Source: Prevotellaceae bacterium (GTDB taxonomy: Bacteria > Bacteroidota > Bacteroidia > Bacteroidales > UBA932). Taken from it: a stretch of DNA of 64,000 bases. The position numbers were made by a program, and so were the translations under genes. Each line of letters opens with the position of its first letter. The first letter of the stretch is position 1. Shown here piece by piece: positions 36,951 through 46,597 of this stretch. Below the pieces are notes generated by a model, which was not told where the DNA came from, did no database searches, and saw only the letters and a program-made list of their open reading frames with translations. The DNA lies in contig JAITKF010000062.1 in NCBI GenBank assembly GCA_031278545.1, forward strand, positions 4,994 to 68,993, given 5' to 3'.

Positions 36951-38138
36951 TTATTTATTTAATGGTTGATTTGTTTTGTTGTGGGCTTGTGGTGGTGGTT
37001 TGCGCCATTCTTCGAGCGTCCGCAGGACGGTTTCTGCGGCGGCGTCGGAGGGTGTTTGCGTCGGGGGGCTGAGGCGGTTCAGGCAGTCTTGCGCGGCGGC
37101 TATCTGCGCAGCGCGTCGTGTCGCGTCCTGCATCAGCGCCAGCGCGACGGGCGTAATCAGGTCGGCGCGGCAATATTGCAGGACAAATTCGGGAATCACC
37201 TGCCTGCCGGCTATAATGTTGATAAGATTGGCGTAGCGGGTGGTCGCTAGCCGCGCGATGAGGTGATTGGTAAGGCGGTTAAATTTGTATGCTATCAGGT
37301 GTGGCGTTCCGCAGGCCGTGAGCTCCAGCGATACCGTCCCCGATGCGGCTATCGCAAACTCCGCCGCGCCGAACGCTGCATACCGCTCTGCCAGCCCTAC
37401 CACTACGCGATGCGGCGTCGCTACCGACGCAAACGCGCGCGCGACCTCCTCCTGCATCGCCGCTACCGACGGGATCAATACGTATAAATTGGGCGCCGCC
37501 GCCTGCAATCGTTCGAGTACGGTAATAAATACCGGCGCGAGTTGCCGTATTTCGTGACGTCGGCTGCCAGGCAGTATGCATAGCACGCGCGCGCCGTCGG
37601 GCACAGGACATGTTGCCGGCGTCGCCTCCGCTATATTTTCTGCCGCCGGATGCCCGACGAAGGTACACGGAAGGCCGTATTTCTCAAAATAAGGCGGCTC
37701 GTAGGGGAGAAGCGTCATCAGGTGAGTGAGCCGTTTCGCAGCTTTTTTGGCGCGGCCTTTCTTCCACGCCCACACCTGCGGCGCTACGTAATGTACCATC
37801 GGAAACGACATTCCTTTCCGCTTTAGCCGCCCCAGAACGCGGCTGATAAATCCCCAGCTATCGACAGTTACCAGCACATCCGGCCGCTCCTGCCCGATGT
37901 GTGCGACGACCTGACGCATCCGGCGCAAAATGACCGGCAACTTCGGCAGTATTTCCCAGAAACCCATCACCGACAGGTCGCCAATATCGAACAGCGAACG
38001 GAACCCCAGTCCGGCCATCGTCTCGCCGCCCACGCCGCAAAAGCGCACGCCGGCGTCCCGTTCGCGCAACGCCCGCATCAGCCGCGACGCCAGAATATCG
38101 CCCGACGGCTCCCCTGCTATGATATAAATTGTCTTCAC
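36951..38138 (-). CDS. lpxB: Lipid-A-disaccharide synthase
   Basis: 395 aa with an IIAGEPSGD N-terminus and an LPGSR motif. The start codon at 38138 is GTG. Confidence 0.9.
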   Translation of the reverse strand: MKTIYIIAGEPSGDILASRLMRALRERDAGVRFCGVGGETMAGLGFRSLFDIGDLSVMGFWEILPKLPVILRRMRQVVAHIGQERPDVLVTVDSWGFISRVLGRLKRKGMSFPMVHYVAPQVWAWKKGRAKKAAKRLTHLMTLLPYEPPYFEKYGLPCTFVGHPAAENIAEATPATCPVPDGARVLCILPGSRRHEIRQLAPVFITVLERLQAAAPNLYVLIPSVAAMQEEVARAFASVATPHRVVVGLAERYAAFGAAEFAIAASGTVSLELTACGTPHLIAYKFNRLTNHLIARLATTRYANLINIIAGRQVIPEFVLQYCRADLITPVALALMQDATRRAAQIAAAQDCLNRLSPPTQTPSDAAAETVLRTLEEWRKPPPQAHNKTNQPLNK

Positions 38139-38161
38139 CTAAAAAAAATAGTAAGCCGGCA

Positions 38162-38169
38162 CAAAGATA
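38162..38169 (-). promoter_or_regulatory. -7 promoter box (TATCTTTG on minus strand) for the lpxB operon
   Basis: The plus strand reads CAAAGATA, 24 nt upstream of the start at 38138. Confidence 0.6.
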
Positions 38170-38216
38170 CAAAAAAATGCGTGAGACGCGCCCCGCGCCT
38201 TCACATAATAAATCAC

Positions 38217-38224
38217 TATCTTTG
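38217..38224 (+). promoter_or_regulatory. -7 promoter box TATCTTTG for metH
   Basis: TAnnTTTG match, 20 nt upstream of the ATG at 38244. Confidence 0.65.
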
Positions 38225-38243
38225 CACCCTCATTTTACAAGCT

Positions 38244-41200
38244 ATGGACATACGTACGGAATTAACTAAACGAATACTGATACTCGACGGCGCAACCGGT
38301 ACGGCTTTACAGAAATTCAACCTGAGCGAAGAGGCGTTCCGCGGACGCCGGTTTGCCTCGCATACGGCGCTACTGAAAGGAAATAACGATATACTTACGC
38401 TCACTTGCCCGGAGGTAATCCGGCAGGTACACGACGAATATATTGCCGCCGGCGCCGATATTATCGAGACCAATACGTTTAGCTCTAATGCTGTTTCGCA
38501 GGCCGAATACCAATGCGGCGAATGGGTCGCAGAGCTGAACCGCGAGAGCGTCCGCATTGCGAAGGACGCCGCCCACGCCTGCCCCGACCGCAAGGTGTTT
38601 GTGGCAGGCAGTATCGGCCCAACCTCCAAATCGCTCACCTTAGCGCCCGACGCCGCTCATCCGGAACGGCGTGCCATCGACTTTGATACGATGGCGGCAG
38701 CCTACGCCGAACAGGTCGATGCGTTAATCGCCGCCGGCGTAGATCTACTGTTAGTCGAAACGATTTTCGATACGTTGAATGCCAAAGCAGCCCTCTATGC
38801 CATCGCCCACGTGCAGGCGCAACGGGCGACTGCCGTACCGGTCATGGTGTCCGTAACGGTCAACGACCGGCAAGGACGCATCCTCACCGGACAGTCGCTC
38901 GAAGCCGTATATACCAGCCTGCGACATTACCCCCTGTTGAGCTTCGGGCTCAACTGCTCGTTTGGCGCTACCGATTTGGAACGGTTCATCAAAGAACTCT
39001 CCGCCACCATTCCCGAGTACGTCAGCATCTATCCGAATGCGGGACTGCCCAACGAAATGGGCGACTACGACGAAGACCCGCCCTATACCGCCGGCTGCCT
39101 CAAACGGATGGCTGACCAGGGATTGATTAATATTGCCGGCGGCTGCTGCGGCACAACGCCTGCGCACATCGCAGCCATCGCCCGAGCATTGCGCAACTGC
39201 CCGCCCCGCCGTTGCCCCGACATCCGCTTTCCGCTTGTCGTAAGCGGGCTGGAGACTGTTACGGTCGATGTCGAACGCCGTCATTTTATACACATCGGTG
39301 AACGTACCAACGTGGCAGGGTCGGCAAAATTCGCCCGCCTGATACGGGAAAAACAGTACGCCGACGCCGCTGAAATCGCCCGCCGGCAGGTGGACGACGG
39401 TGCATCAATAATCGACATCAACATGGACGATGCGATGCTCGACGGCACCGCCGAAATGGAAACCTTCGTCCGGCTTATCAGTAACGAGCCCGACATCGCC
39501 AAAGCCGCCCTGATGATCGATTCCTCGAGATGGGATACCATTATCGCTGGCCTGAAAAACGCGCCGGGCAAGTGCATCGTAAATTCCATCAGTTTGAAGG
39601 AGGGCGAGACGGAATTCCTGAAGAAGGCAAAAGAACTGCGGTCGCTAGGTGCGGCGGTGGTGGTGATGGCCTTCGACGAACAGGGACAGGCGGTCGATTA
39701 TGTGCGTAAAATCGACATCTCCCGACGCGCTTTTCAGCTCCTCACGACGCAGGCCGGCTTTGCGCCGGAAGATATTATTTTCGACGTAAATGTACTGACA
39801 GTAGCCACCGGCCTCGAAGAGCACAACCGCTACGGGGTGGATTTCATCGAGGCCGTGCGATGGATTAAGCAGAACCTTCCGGGATGCCGGACGTCGGCCG
39901 GCGTGTCGAACCTCTCGTTTGCTTTTCGCGGCAATAATTCGGTGCGCGAGGCCATGCACTCCGCATTCCTTTATCATGCCATCCGCGCGGGGCTGGATAT
40001 GGCCATTGTCAACCCGTCCCTGTTGCAGGTATACGACAGCATCGCGCCGGAACTGCTACAGGCAGTGGAAGACGTCATCCTCGACCGCCGCCCCGACGCT
40101 ACGGACATCCTTTTGGCGTTAGCCGAAAAATACCGCGCCGGTAAAACCGACGTTAAACATATCCCCACGGACCGGTGGCGGGAGGGAACGGTCGACGAAC
40201 GTCTGATTCACGCGCTGGTCAAAGGCATTACCGGTTTCTTGGCTGCCGACTTGCACGAAGCCCTTACCATCTACCCTGCGCCGGTAGATATTATCGAAAA
40301 GCCGCTGATGGCCGGCATGGAGCGGGTAGGGCAGTTTTTCAGCGAAGGCAAAATGTTTCTGCCGCAAATCGTCAAGTCGGCAAAGGTGATGAAAGAAGCC
40401 GTGCAGTTGCTCCAGCCCGAAATCGAACGCTATAACAGCCACCACCACAACCGGCAGGTGCGACGCCCGAAAATCGTAACGGCCACCGTCAAGGGTGATG
40501 TACACGACATCGGAAAAAACATCGTCAATATTGTACTCTCGTGCAATAACCTTGAGGTGATAGACCTCGGCGTGATGGTCGATAACCGTACCATCCTGCA
40601 GGCCGTCAAGGAGCATCAGTCCGATTTTGTAGCGGTAAGCGGCCTGATTACGCCTTCGCTGGCCGAAATGGAGGGGCTGTGCCGCTTGTTGCAGGAAGCG
40701 CAATGTGGCATCCCGCTACTGGTCGGCGGCGCTACGACCTCGTCGGTACATACGGCCGTCAAATTGGCACCGCTCTACGACTGCTGCGTCATCCATGGCG
40801 GCGACGCCTCGCACACCGCCGGCCTTGTCCAGCGTCTGCTGAAAGACCGCGATGGCACTATCGCTGACATTAAATCCAAACAGGAAGCCATTCGTCGCTT
40901 GTACAGCGGACGGAAACAGACGCTCGTGCCGCTTCCGGAAGCCCGTCGCCGCGCCCCGCGCCTGCCTGTGCCGCCCGACACCGGCTTCGGGCAAATCGAC
41001 CTGTTCGATCCGGATGTCGACCTGCGCCTGCTCACACCCTATATCGACTGGACGCCGTTCTTCCATTTCTGGAACTTCAAAGGAACGGTCGAAACCATCC
41101 GTCACAACGCCGAAGCGGGCAAACTGTTTCAAGAAGCCGGCATCCTGCTCGACAGCATCATCAGCCGGCGCGAGTTCCGGGCATCGGCCATCGTCCGCTT

Positions 41201-41750
41201 CTTCGACGCCTGTGCCGACCATGATACGATTCTTATCGACGGCGGTCGACCATTAGCCATGTTGCGCCAGCAAAGCGAAAACAGCGAGTACCTGTGTCTC
41301 TCCGATTTTCTGCCGCCCAAAGGCGCGGGTGCGGCACGCATCGGTCTGTTCACGCTCGTAGTACGCGATACCGTTACGCCCAACGTAAAGGACGATATGG
41401 AAAAACTGCTGCGCGAAAGCCTGTGCGCCCGTCTCACGGAAGCCTGTGCCGTATGGCTGCAGGAACAGATATTCGGCATCCGGCACGGCATCCGTCCGGC
41501 ATTCGGCTATCCCGCCTGTCCCGACCATGCGTTGAAGAAAGAGGTGTTCGACATGCTGCAAGCCGAAGATAAACTCGACATCGCCCTCACCGCCTCCTAC
41601 GCCATCATCCCGACCACCAGCATCTGCGGCCTGTTCATCGTACATCCCGACGCCCGTTACTTCAGTGTCGGCCACATCGACCGCGACCAGATAGAAGACT
41701 ACTGCAAGCGGCGGGGAATAAGAACGGAAGACTTACAAATTACGAATTAG
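38244..41750 (+). CDS. metH: Cobalamin-dependent methionine synthase
   Basis: 1168 aa. The Hcy domain has Zn Cys residues (GLNCSFG, GGCCGTTP), followed by a pterin domain, a B12 domain DVHDIGKN (DxHxxG) and an AdoMet activation domain (RPAFGYPACPDH). The track ORF extension from 37899 was rejected. Confidence 0.95.
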   Translation: MDIRTELTKRILILDGATGTALQKFNLSEEAFRGRRFASHTALLKGNNDILTLTCPEVIRQVHDEYIAAGADIIETNTFSSNAVSQAEYQCGEWVAELNRESVRIAKDAAHACPDRKVFVAGSIGPTSKSLTLAPDAAHPERRAIDFDTMAAAYAEQVDALIAAGVDLLLVETIFDTLNAKAALYAIAHVQAQRATAVPVMVSVTVNDRQGRILTGQSLEAVYTSLRHYPLLSFGLNCSFGATDLERFIKELSATIPEYVSIYPNAGLPNEMGDYDEDPPYTAGCLKRMADQGLINIAGGCCGTTPAHIAAIARALRNCPPRRCPDIRFPLVVSGLETVTVDVERRHFIHIGERTNVAGSAKFARLIREKQYADAAEIARRQVDDGASIIDINMDDAMLDGTAEMETFVRLISNEPDIAKAALMIDSSRWDTIIAGLKNAPGKCIVNSISLKEGETEFLKKAKELRSLGAAVVVMAFDEQGQAVDYVRKIDISRRAFQLLTTQAGFAPEDIIFDVNVLTVATGLEEHNRYGVDFIEAVRWIKQNLPGCRTSAGVSNLSFAFRGNNSVREAMHSAFLYHAIRAGLDMAIVNPSLLQVYDSIAPELLQAVEDVILDRRPDATDILLALAEKYRAGKTDVKHIPTDRWREGTVDERLIHALVKGITGFLAADLHEALTIYPAPVDIIEKPLMAGMERVGQFFSEGKMFLPQIVKSAKVMKEAVQLLQPEIERYNSHHHNRQVRRPKIVTATVKGDVHDIGKNIVNIVLSCNNLEVIDLGVMVDNRTILQAVKEHQSDFVAVSGLITPSLAEMEGLCRLLQEAQCGIPLLVGGATTSSVHTAVKLAPLYDCCVIHGGDASHTAGLVQRLLKDRDGTIADIKSKQEAIRRLYSGRKQTLVPLPEARRRAPRLPVPPDTGFGQIDLFDPDVDLRLLTPYIDWTPFFHFWNFKGTVETIRHNAEAGKLFQEAGILLDSIISRREFRASAIVRFFDACADHDTILIDGGRPLAMLRQQSENSEYLCLSDFLPPKGAGAARIGLFTLVVRDTVTPNVKDDMEKLLRESLCARLTEACAVWLQEQIFGIRHGIRPAFGYPACPDHALKKEVFDMLQAEDKLDIALTASYAIIPTTSICGLFIVHPDARYFSVGHIDRDQIEDYCKRRGIRTEDLQITN

Positions 41751-41805
41751 GAATTGCCCTGCGGGAGATTCCCCGTAGCGCTAAGGTCTCCTCAACAAAA
41801 AATCG

Positions 41806-41813
41806 TATCTTTG
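41806..41813 (+). promoter_or_regulatory. -7 promoter box TATCTTTG for the CDP-sugar cassette
   Basis: TAnnTTTG match, 35 nt upstream of the ATG at 41848. Confidence 0.6.
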
Positions 41814-41847
41814 ATTTTCAAATAAGCAACTCAACAACTCAATAAAC

Positions 41848-42630
41848 ATGAAAACAGTAATTCTTTGCGGCGGATACGGTACCCGTATTCGCGATGTGGC
41901 GGAAAATATTCCGAAACCAATGTCGCCTGTGGGCGGTTATCCTATCTTATGGCACATTATGAAATACTATGCCGTATTCGGCTACGACGAGTTTGTGCTC
42001 TGCCTTGGCTACAAAAGCGAGGCGATAAAGGATTTCTTCTTTAACTACGAAACGCACGCCAGCGATTTTACGCTAAAATTGGGCGTGAAGAACAGTCTTG
42101 TACGCCATAATTCGCACAGCGAAGAAGGCTGGACAATTACCATGGCCGAAACCGGCCTGAATGCCATGACCGGCGCACGAGTGAAACGTATCGAAAAATA
42201 CATTGGCGCCGACGACTGCTTCATGCTCACTTACGGTGACGGCGTGGGCGACGTGGATATACCCGGGCTGGTCGAGTTTCATCGCTCACACGGAAAAATA
42301 GCAACACTCACGGGCGTCTACCCGCCGGGACGGTTCGGCGAATTAGTTACGACCGATGCGCGGGAAGTCATCGGCTTCAACGAAAAACCGCAGGTGAGCG
42401 GCGGACGCATCAACGGCGGATTCTTCGTGTTTAACCGCGCTTTTTTCAGCTACCTGAACGACGACGAAAACCTCGTGTTGGAGCAAGAACCCATGCAGCA
42501 TCTCGTGGCCGACGGTCAACTGATGGTCTTCGAGCATGACGGCTTCTGGCAACCAATGGATACTTCGCGCGAATACAATCTTCTGAATCAATTATACGCA
42601 ACAAAGCAAGCGCCATGGATGAAATGGTAA
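41848..42630 (+). CDS. rfbF: Glucose-1-phosphate cytidylyltransferase
   Basis: 260 aa with a ILCGGYGTRI N-terminus, the usual RfbF/DdhA length, and a YGDGV motif. Confidence 0.88.
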   Translation: MKTVILCGGYGTRIRDVAENIPKPMSPVGGYPILWHIMKYYAVFGYDEFVLCLGYKSEAIKDFFFNYETHASDFTLKLGVKNSLVRHNSHSEEGWTITMAETGLNAMTGARVKRIEKYIGADDCFMLTYGDGVGDVDIPGLVEFHRSHGKIATLTGVYPPGRFGELVTTDAREVIGFNEKPQVSGGRINGGFFVFNRAFFSYLNDDENLVLEQEPMQHLVADGQLMVFEHDGFWQPMDTSREYNLLNQLYATKQAPWMKW

Positions 42631-43754
42631 AAAATACGGTATTCGGCAACGTGTATGCCGGAAAAAAAGTGCTGGTTACAGGCAACACCGGCTTTAAGGG
42701 AAGTTGGCTGACGGTATGGTTGCTGGAGTTGGGAGCGACGGTGCACGGTCTGTCGCGCGATATACCGACACAGCCTGCGCTGTTCGACGTCCTCGACTTG
42801 CGACAACGCATCACGCACCACGAGGCTGATGTGCGCGATACCGATGCGGTGCAACGCATCATCGCCGACGTACAGCCCGATTTTGTATTCCATTTGGCAG
42901 CACAGCCTATCGTATCGTACTCCTACGACCATCCGGTGGAAACGATTACTACCAACGTCGTCGGCACGACCAACGTGCTCGAAGCCCTGCGTGTACAGAA
43001 CCGGCCGTGTACGGCAGTCGTCATCACCAGCGACAAATGCTATGACAATGTCGAATGGCTGTGGGGTTATAGAGAAAACGATGCGCTGGGCGGAAAAGAC
43101 ATTTACAGCGGCTCAAAAGGAGCTGCCGAACTAATGTGCAAGTCCTATTATCATTCGTTCTTTGCAAAAGACATCTCGCGTGTACGCATAGCTACCGCCC
43201 GCGCCGGCAATGTCATCGGCGGCGGCGACTGGGCGCGCGACCGTATCGTGCCCGACTGTATGCGGGCATGGAGCGAAGGCCGGTCGGTTGTAATCCGCAA
43301 CCCGCAAGCCACACGTCCGTGGCAGCATGTACTCGAACCGCTTAGCGGATACCTGCTCTTAGGACAGGCACTATATCACGAGGCCGAACTGAACGGCGAA
43401 CGGTTTAACTTCGGGCCTAAAGCCGAACACAGCTACACTGTCCGTGAACTGCTCGAATCCCTTAGCCGGCACTGGCATTTTACCGACCCTGCCGCCGCCT
43501 ACCGAAGCGCTGGCAACATCCCGTTCCACGAAGCGGGACTATTAAAACTGAATTGCGACAAAGCCTTCGCATGCCTCCGCTGGACGCCCGTGCTCGACTA
43601 TGACACCTTGATTGCCTTCACCGGCGAATGGTATTATGCCTACTATCGTTCGCACGGCGCGGGCGGCATCGATTTCTATGCCTTTACTGTAGCGCAAATC
43701 AACCGCTATGAACAATCCGCTATTAAACAAAAACACGTATGGATACACGAATGA
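42615..43754 (+). CDS. rfbG: CDP-glucose 4,6-dehydratase
   Basis: 379 aa with the VTGNTGFKGSW Rossmann motif and YSGSK (YxxxK). It overlaps rfbF by 16 nt. Confidence 0.88.
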   Translation: MDEMVKNTVFGNVYAGKKVLVTGNTGFKGSWLTVWLLELGATVHGLSRDIPTQPALFDVLDLRQRITHHEADVRDTDAVQRIIADVQPDFVFHLAAQPIVSYSYDHPVETITTNVVGTTNVLEALRVQNRPCTAVVITSDKCYDNVEWLWGYRENDALGGKDIYSGSKGAAELMCKSYYHSFFAKDISRVRIATARAGNVIGGGDWARDRIVPDCMRAWSEGRSVVIRNPQATRPWQHVLEPLSGYLLLGQALYHEAELNGERFNFGPKAEHSYTVRELLESLSRHWHFTDPAAAYRSAGNIPFHEAGLLKLNCDKAFACLRWTPVLDYDTLIAFTGEWYYAYYRSHGAGGIDFYAFTVAQINRYEQSAIKQKHVWIHE

Positions 43755-44179
43755 TAGACGGGGTTATTCTTACCCCACTACGACAAATACAACACCCGCA
43801 GGGCGACGTATTTCACGGCATGAAAAAAAGCGATGCCGGTTTTGCAGGCTTCGGCGAAGCCTATTTTTCAACTGTCCGCAAGGGCGATATCAAAGCATGG
43901 AAAAAACACCTCTCTATGACGCTTAATATAATAGTGCCGACGGGTGAAATCCGCTTCGTCCTTTTCGACGACCGTCCCGTCAGCCCCACCAAAGGCGCGA
44001 CGAATGAATTTACGCTGTCGCCGGATAATTATTATCGTCTGACCGTACCACCGCAAGTATGGATGGCCTTTCAAGGATTAGGTGACGACAACCGGCTGTT
44101 GAATATCGCCAGTATGGAACACGTGCCCGACGAAATGGAACGGCTGCCGCTCACGGCTATTCCTTACTGCTGGTCATGA
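43739..44179 (+). CDS. Cupin-fold sugar nucleotide epimerase/isomerase (RmlC/WxcM-like)
   Basis: 146 aa, small beta-barrel-like, translationally coupled to rfbG and the next gene. An alternative ATG is at 43751. Confidence 0.65.
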   Translation: MDTRMIDGVILTPLRQIQHPQGDVFHGMKKSDAGFAGFGEAYFSTVRKGDIKAWKKHLSMTLNIIVPTGEIRFVLFDDRPVSPTKGATNEFTLSPDNYYRLTVPPQVWMAFQGLGDDNRLLNIASMEHVPDEMERLPLTAIPYCWS

Positions 44180-45108
44180 TGAAAGTACTCGTTACCGGCG
44201 CAAATGGCTATATCGGTGCGCAAATTTGCCGATACCTCTCGCAGCAGGGCTACCGAGTGAGCGGCCTCTGCTATCCCCGCATCCCCGACGACGAATGCTG
44301 GCGACGCGGGTTTGATGACCTTTTTGTGTGCGATGTGCGCGACGCCGACGCCTTAAAACGAATAGCCGAACGACCGTTCGACGCCATCGTACACCTCGTA
44401 TCGCTTGACCATCACCAGTCTAGCGGCGATCCGGCATTGGTAGCGTCTATCAACGTAACGCCGACATGGACGTTGCTGGATATGTTCGCCCCGCGGGGAT
44501 TAAAAAAATTTCTTTATTTCTCGACCATCCATGTGTACGGCGTAACGCTGCATGGCGCCGTAACCGAAACGCATCTGCCCCGCTGCGTTACCCCCTACGC
44601 CCTGACGCACTACATGAGCGAAACCGTGTGCCGTTACTTCGGCGACCGCAGCGACGTAACCTGTCTTGTAGCGCGGCTGTCGAACAGCTACGGCCCGCCG
44701 GTATTCCCCGACAATAATTGCTGGTGGCTGGTAGTAAACGATCTTTGCCGAAGCATGGCTGTTGACGGTACGATTACATTGAAATCCGACGGTTCGCCCC
44801 TGCGCGACTTTATCCACGGCTACGACGTATGCCGTGCCGTGCAAATACTGCTCGAAAAAGGGGAGAATAATCAGGTGTATCATGTCAGTTCAGGGATTAC
44901 GTATTCGATAGCGGAGTTGGCCGAGAAAATCAGGGTGACTGCTCCTCAAAGCAAAGTAACCGCCGCCCAAACTCCTCCTGCGTTAGCGTCTGCTGCCGCC
45001 CCTGCTGGCTATACTATTGATAACAGCAAACTGCGGGCATTAGGCTTCATGCCAGAATATACCCTTGAGCGGGGAATCGCGGAGTTGATGGAGTACCTTG
45101 CCAATTGA
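44176..45108 (+). CDS. NAD-dependent epimerase/dehydratase family (extended SDR), probable 4-reductase
   Basis: 310 aa with the VTGANGYIG Rossmann motif and STIHVYG. The expected YxxxK reads YALTH. Confidence 0.75.
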   Translation: MMKVLVTGANGYIGAQICRYLSQQGYRVSGLCYPRIPDDECWRRGFDDLFVCDVRDADALKRIAERPFDAIVHLVSLDHHQSSGDPALVASINVTPTWTLLDMFAPRGLKKFLYFSTIHVYGVTLHGAVTETHLPRCVTPYALTHYMSETVCRYFGDRSDVTCLVARLSNSYGPPVFPDNNCWWLVVNDLCRSMAVDGTITLKSDGSPLRDFIHGYDVCRAVQILLEKGENNQVYHVSSGITYSIAELAEKIRVTAPQSKVTAAQTPPALASAAAPAGYTIDNSKLRALGFMPEYTLERGIAELMEYLAN

Positions 45109-45186
45109 ATATTGACGTAAAGCGTAAGACGAACCTTATTTTTCAGGTAATACCATTTTCGTAGCTCGCGGCAAAAAATCGGCTCC

Positions 45187-46566
45187 CTATCTCAACAGCT
45201 CAACTACCCTTTCTGCTAACGCTTCCGCTTGCGCTTCGGTGGGCGCTTCGGCGTAGATGCGGATAATCGGTTCGGTATTGGATTTACGCAAGTGTATCCA
45301 TTGTCGTTCGTTATCAAAATCGATACGTACGCCGTCGACGTCGGTGATGCGCTGGGAGGCGTAGATGGTTTTCATGCGTTCCAGCAGTGCGTCGAGGTCG
45401 GTTTGCGGGGTGAGCGCTACTTTGTTTTTGGAGGTGAAATAGCGCGGGTAGCTGTCGCGCAGGTGCGTGCAGGTGGTTTGTTTATGTGCCAGATGTGAGA
45501 GGAATAGGGCGATACCTATCAACGCATCGCGGCCATAGTGGAAGTCGGGCACGATGACGCCGCCGTTGCCTTCGCCGCCGACGACCGCCTGCACCCTTTT
45601 CATTTCGTCAACGACGTTCACCTCGCCTACCGCCGAGGCGAAGTATTGTCCGCCGTACTGTTCCGTTATATCGCGGAGGGCGCGCGACGATGAGAGGTTG
45701 GATACGGTGTTGCCCGTGCGTTTCGAGAGGATATAATCGGCTACGGCCACCAGCGTATATTCTTCGCCGAACATCGTCCCATCTTCGCATACTAGCGCTA
45801 GCCGATCGACGTCGGGGTCAACGGCAATGCCGGCCTGTGCGTTTTCTTCGACGACTTTGGCCGACAGGTCGCACAAATGAGCGGGTAGCGGTTCGGGATT
45901 GTGGGCAAAACGTCCGGTAGGTTCGCAAAATAGCGGTACGACGTCGACTCCCAGCGCTACGAGCAACGATGGGATGGCCACGCCACCGACCGAATTGACC
46001 GCGTCGACTACCATTTTAAATCCCGCGCGGTAGATGGCTTCTACGTCGACCAGCGGGTAACGGAGGACAGCTTCGATGTGGCGTGTCGTATAATGGGTAT
46101 TCTCCGTCAGGACGCCCAGACGGTCGGCTGCTGCAAAATCGCAATCATTTCGATCGGCTAATTGTAATAGCGCCTGTCCATCGTCGGCATTTAAAAACTC
46201 GCCTCGACGGTTGAGCAGTTTCAGGGCGTTCCATTGCGCCGGATTGTGCGAGGCGGTGAGGATGATACCACCGTCGGCCAGCTCGAACACAACAGCTAAC
46301 TCGGTAGTCGGCGTTGTGGCCATCCCGATGTAGATGACGTCAACGCCGCAGGCCATGAGTGTGCCGCAGACGATACGTTGCACCATTTCGCCCGAAATGC
46401 GCGCATCGCGGCCAACGACTACTTTCAGCCGGCCTCCCGGCGTTTGTTGTGATAACCAGTTGGCGTATGCCGATGTGAATTTAACTAAATCGACCGGCGT
46501 GAGCGCATCGCCCGCCTGCCCGCCGATAGTACCTCGAATACCGGAAATGGATTTGATAAGTGCCAT
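45187..46566 (-). CDS. glmM: Phosphoglucosamine mutase (alpha-D-phosphohexomutase family)
   Basis: 459 aa with an SGIRG start typical of Bacteroidetes GlmM, the active-site TASHNP, and GEGNGG. Confidence 0.85.
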   Translation of the reverse strand: MALIKSISGIRGTIGGQAGDALTPVDLVKFTSAYANWLSQQTPGGRLKVVVGRDARISGEMVQRIVCGTLMACGVDVIYIGMATTPTTELAVVFELADGGIILTASHNPAQWNALKLLNRRGEFLNADDGQALLQLADRNDCDFAAADRLGVLTENTHYTTRHIEAVLRYPLVDVEAIYRAGFKMVVDAVNSVGGVAIPSLLVALGVDVVPLFCEPTGRFAHNPEPLPAHLCDLSAKVVEENAQAGIAVDPDVDRLALVCEDGTMFGEEYTLVAVADYILSKRTGNTVSNLSSSRALRDITEQYGGQYFASAVGEVNVVDEMKRVQAVVGGEGNGGVIVPDFHYGRDALIGIALFLSHLAHKQTTCTHLRDSYPRYFTSKNKVALTPQTDLDALLERMKTIYASQRITDVDGVRIDFDNERQWIHLRKSNTEPIIRIYAEAPTEAQAEALAERVVELLR

Positions 46567-46597
46567 GGTGGTGAAATGGATAGTTTGGTTTTTTTAA

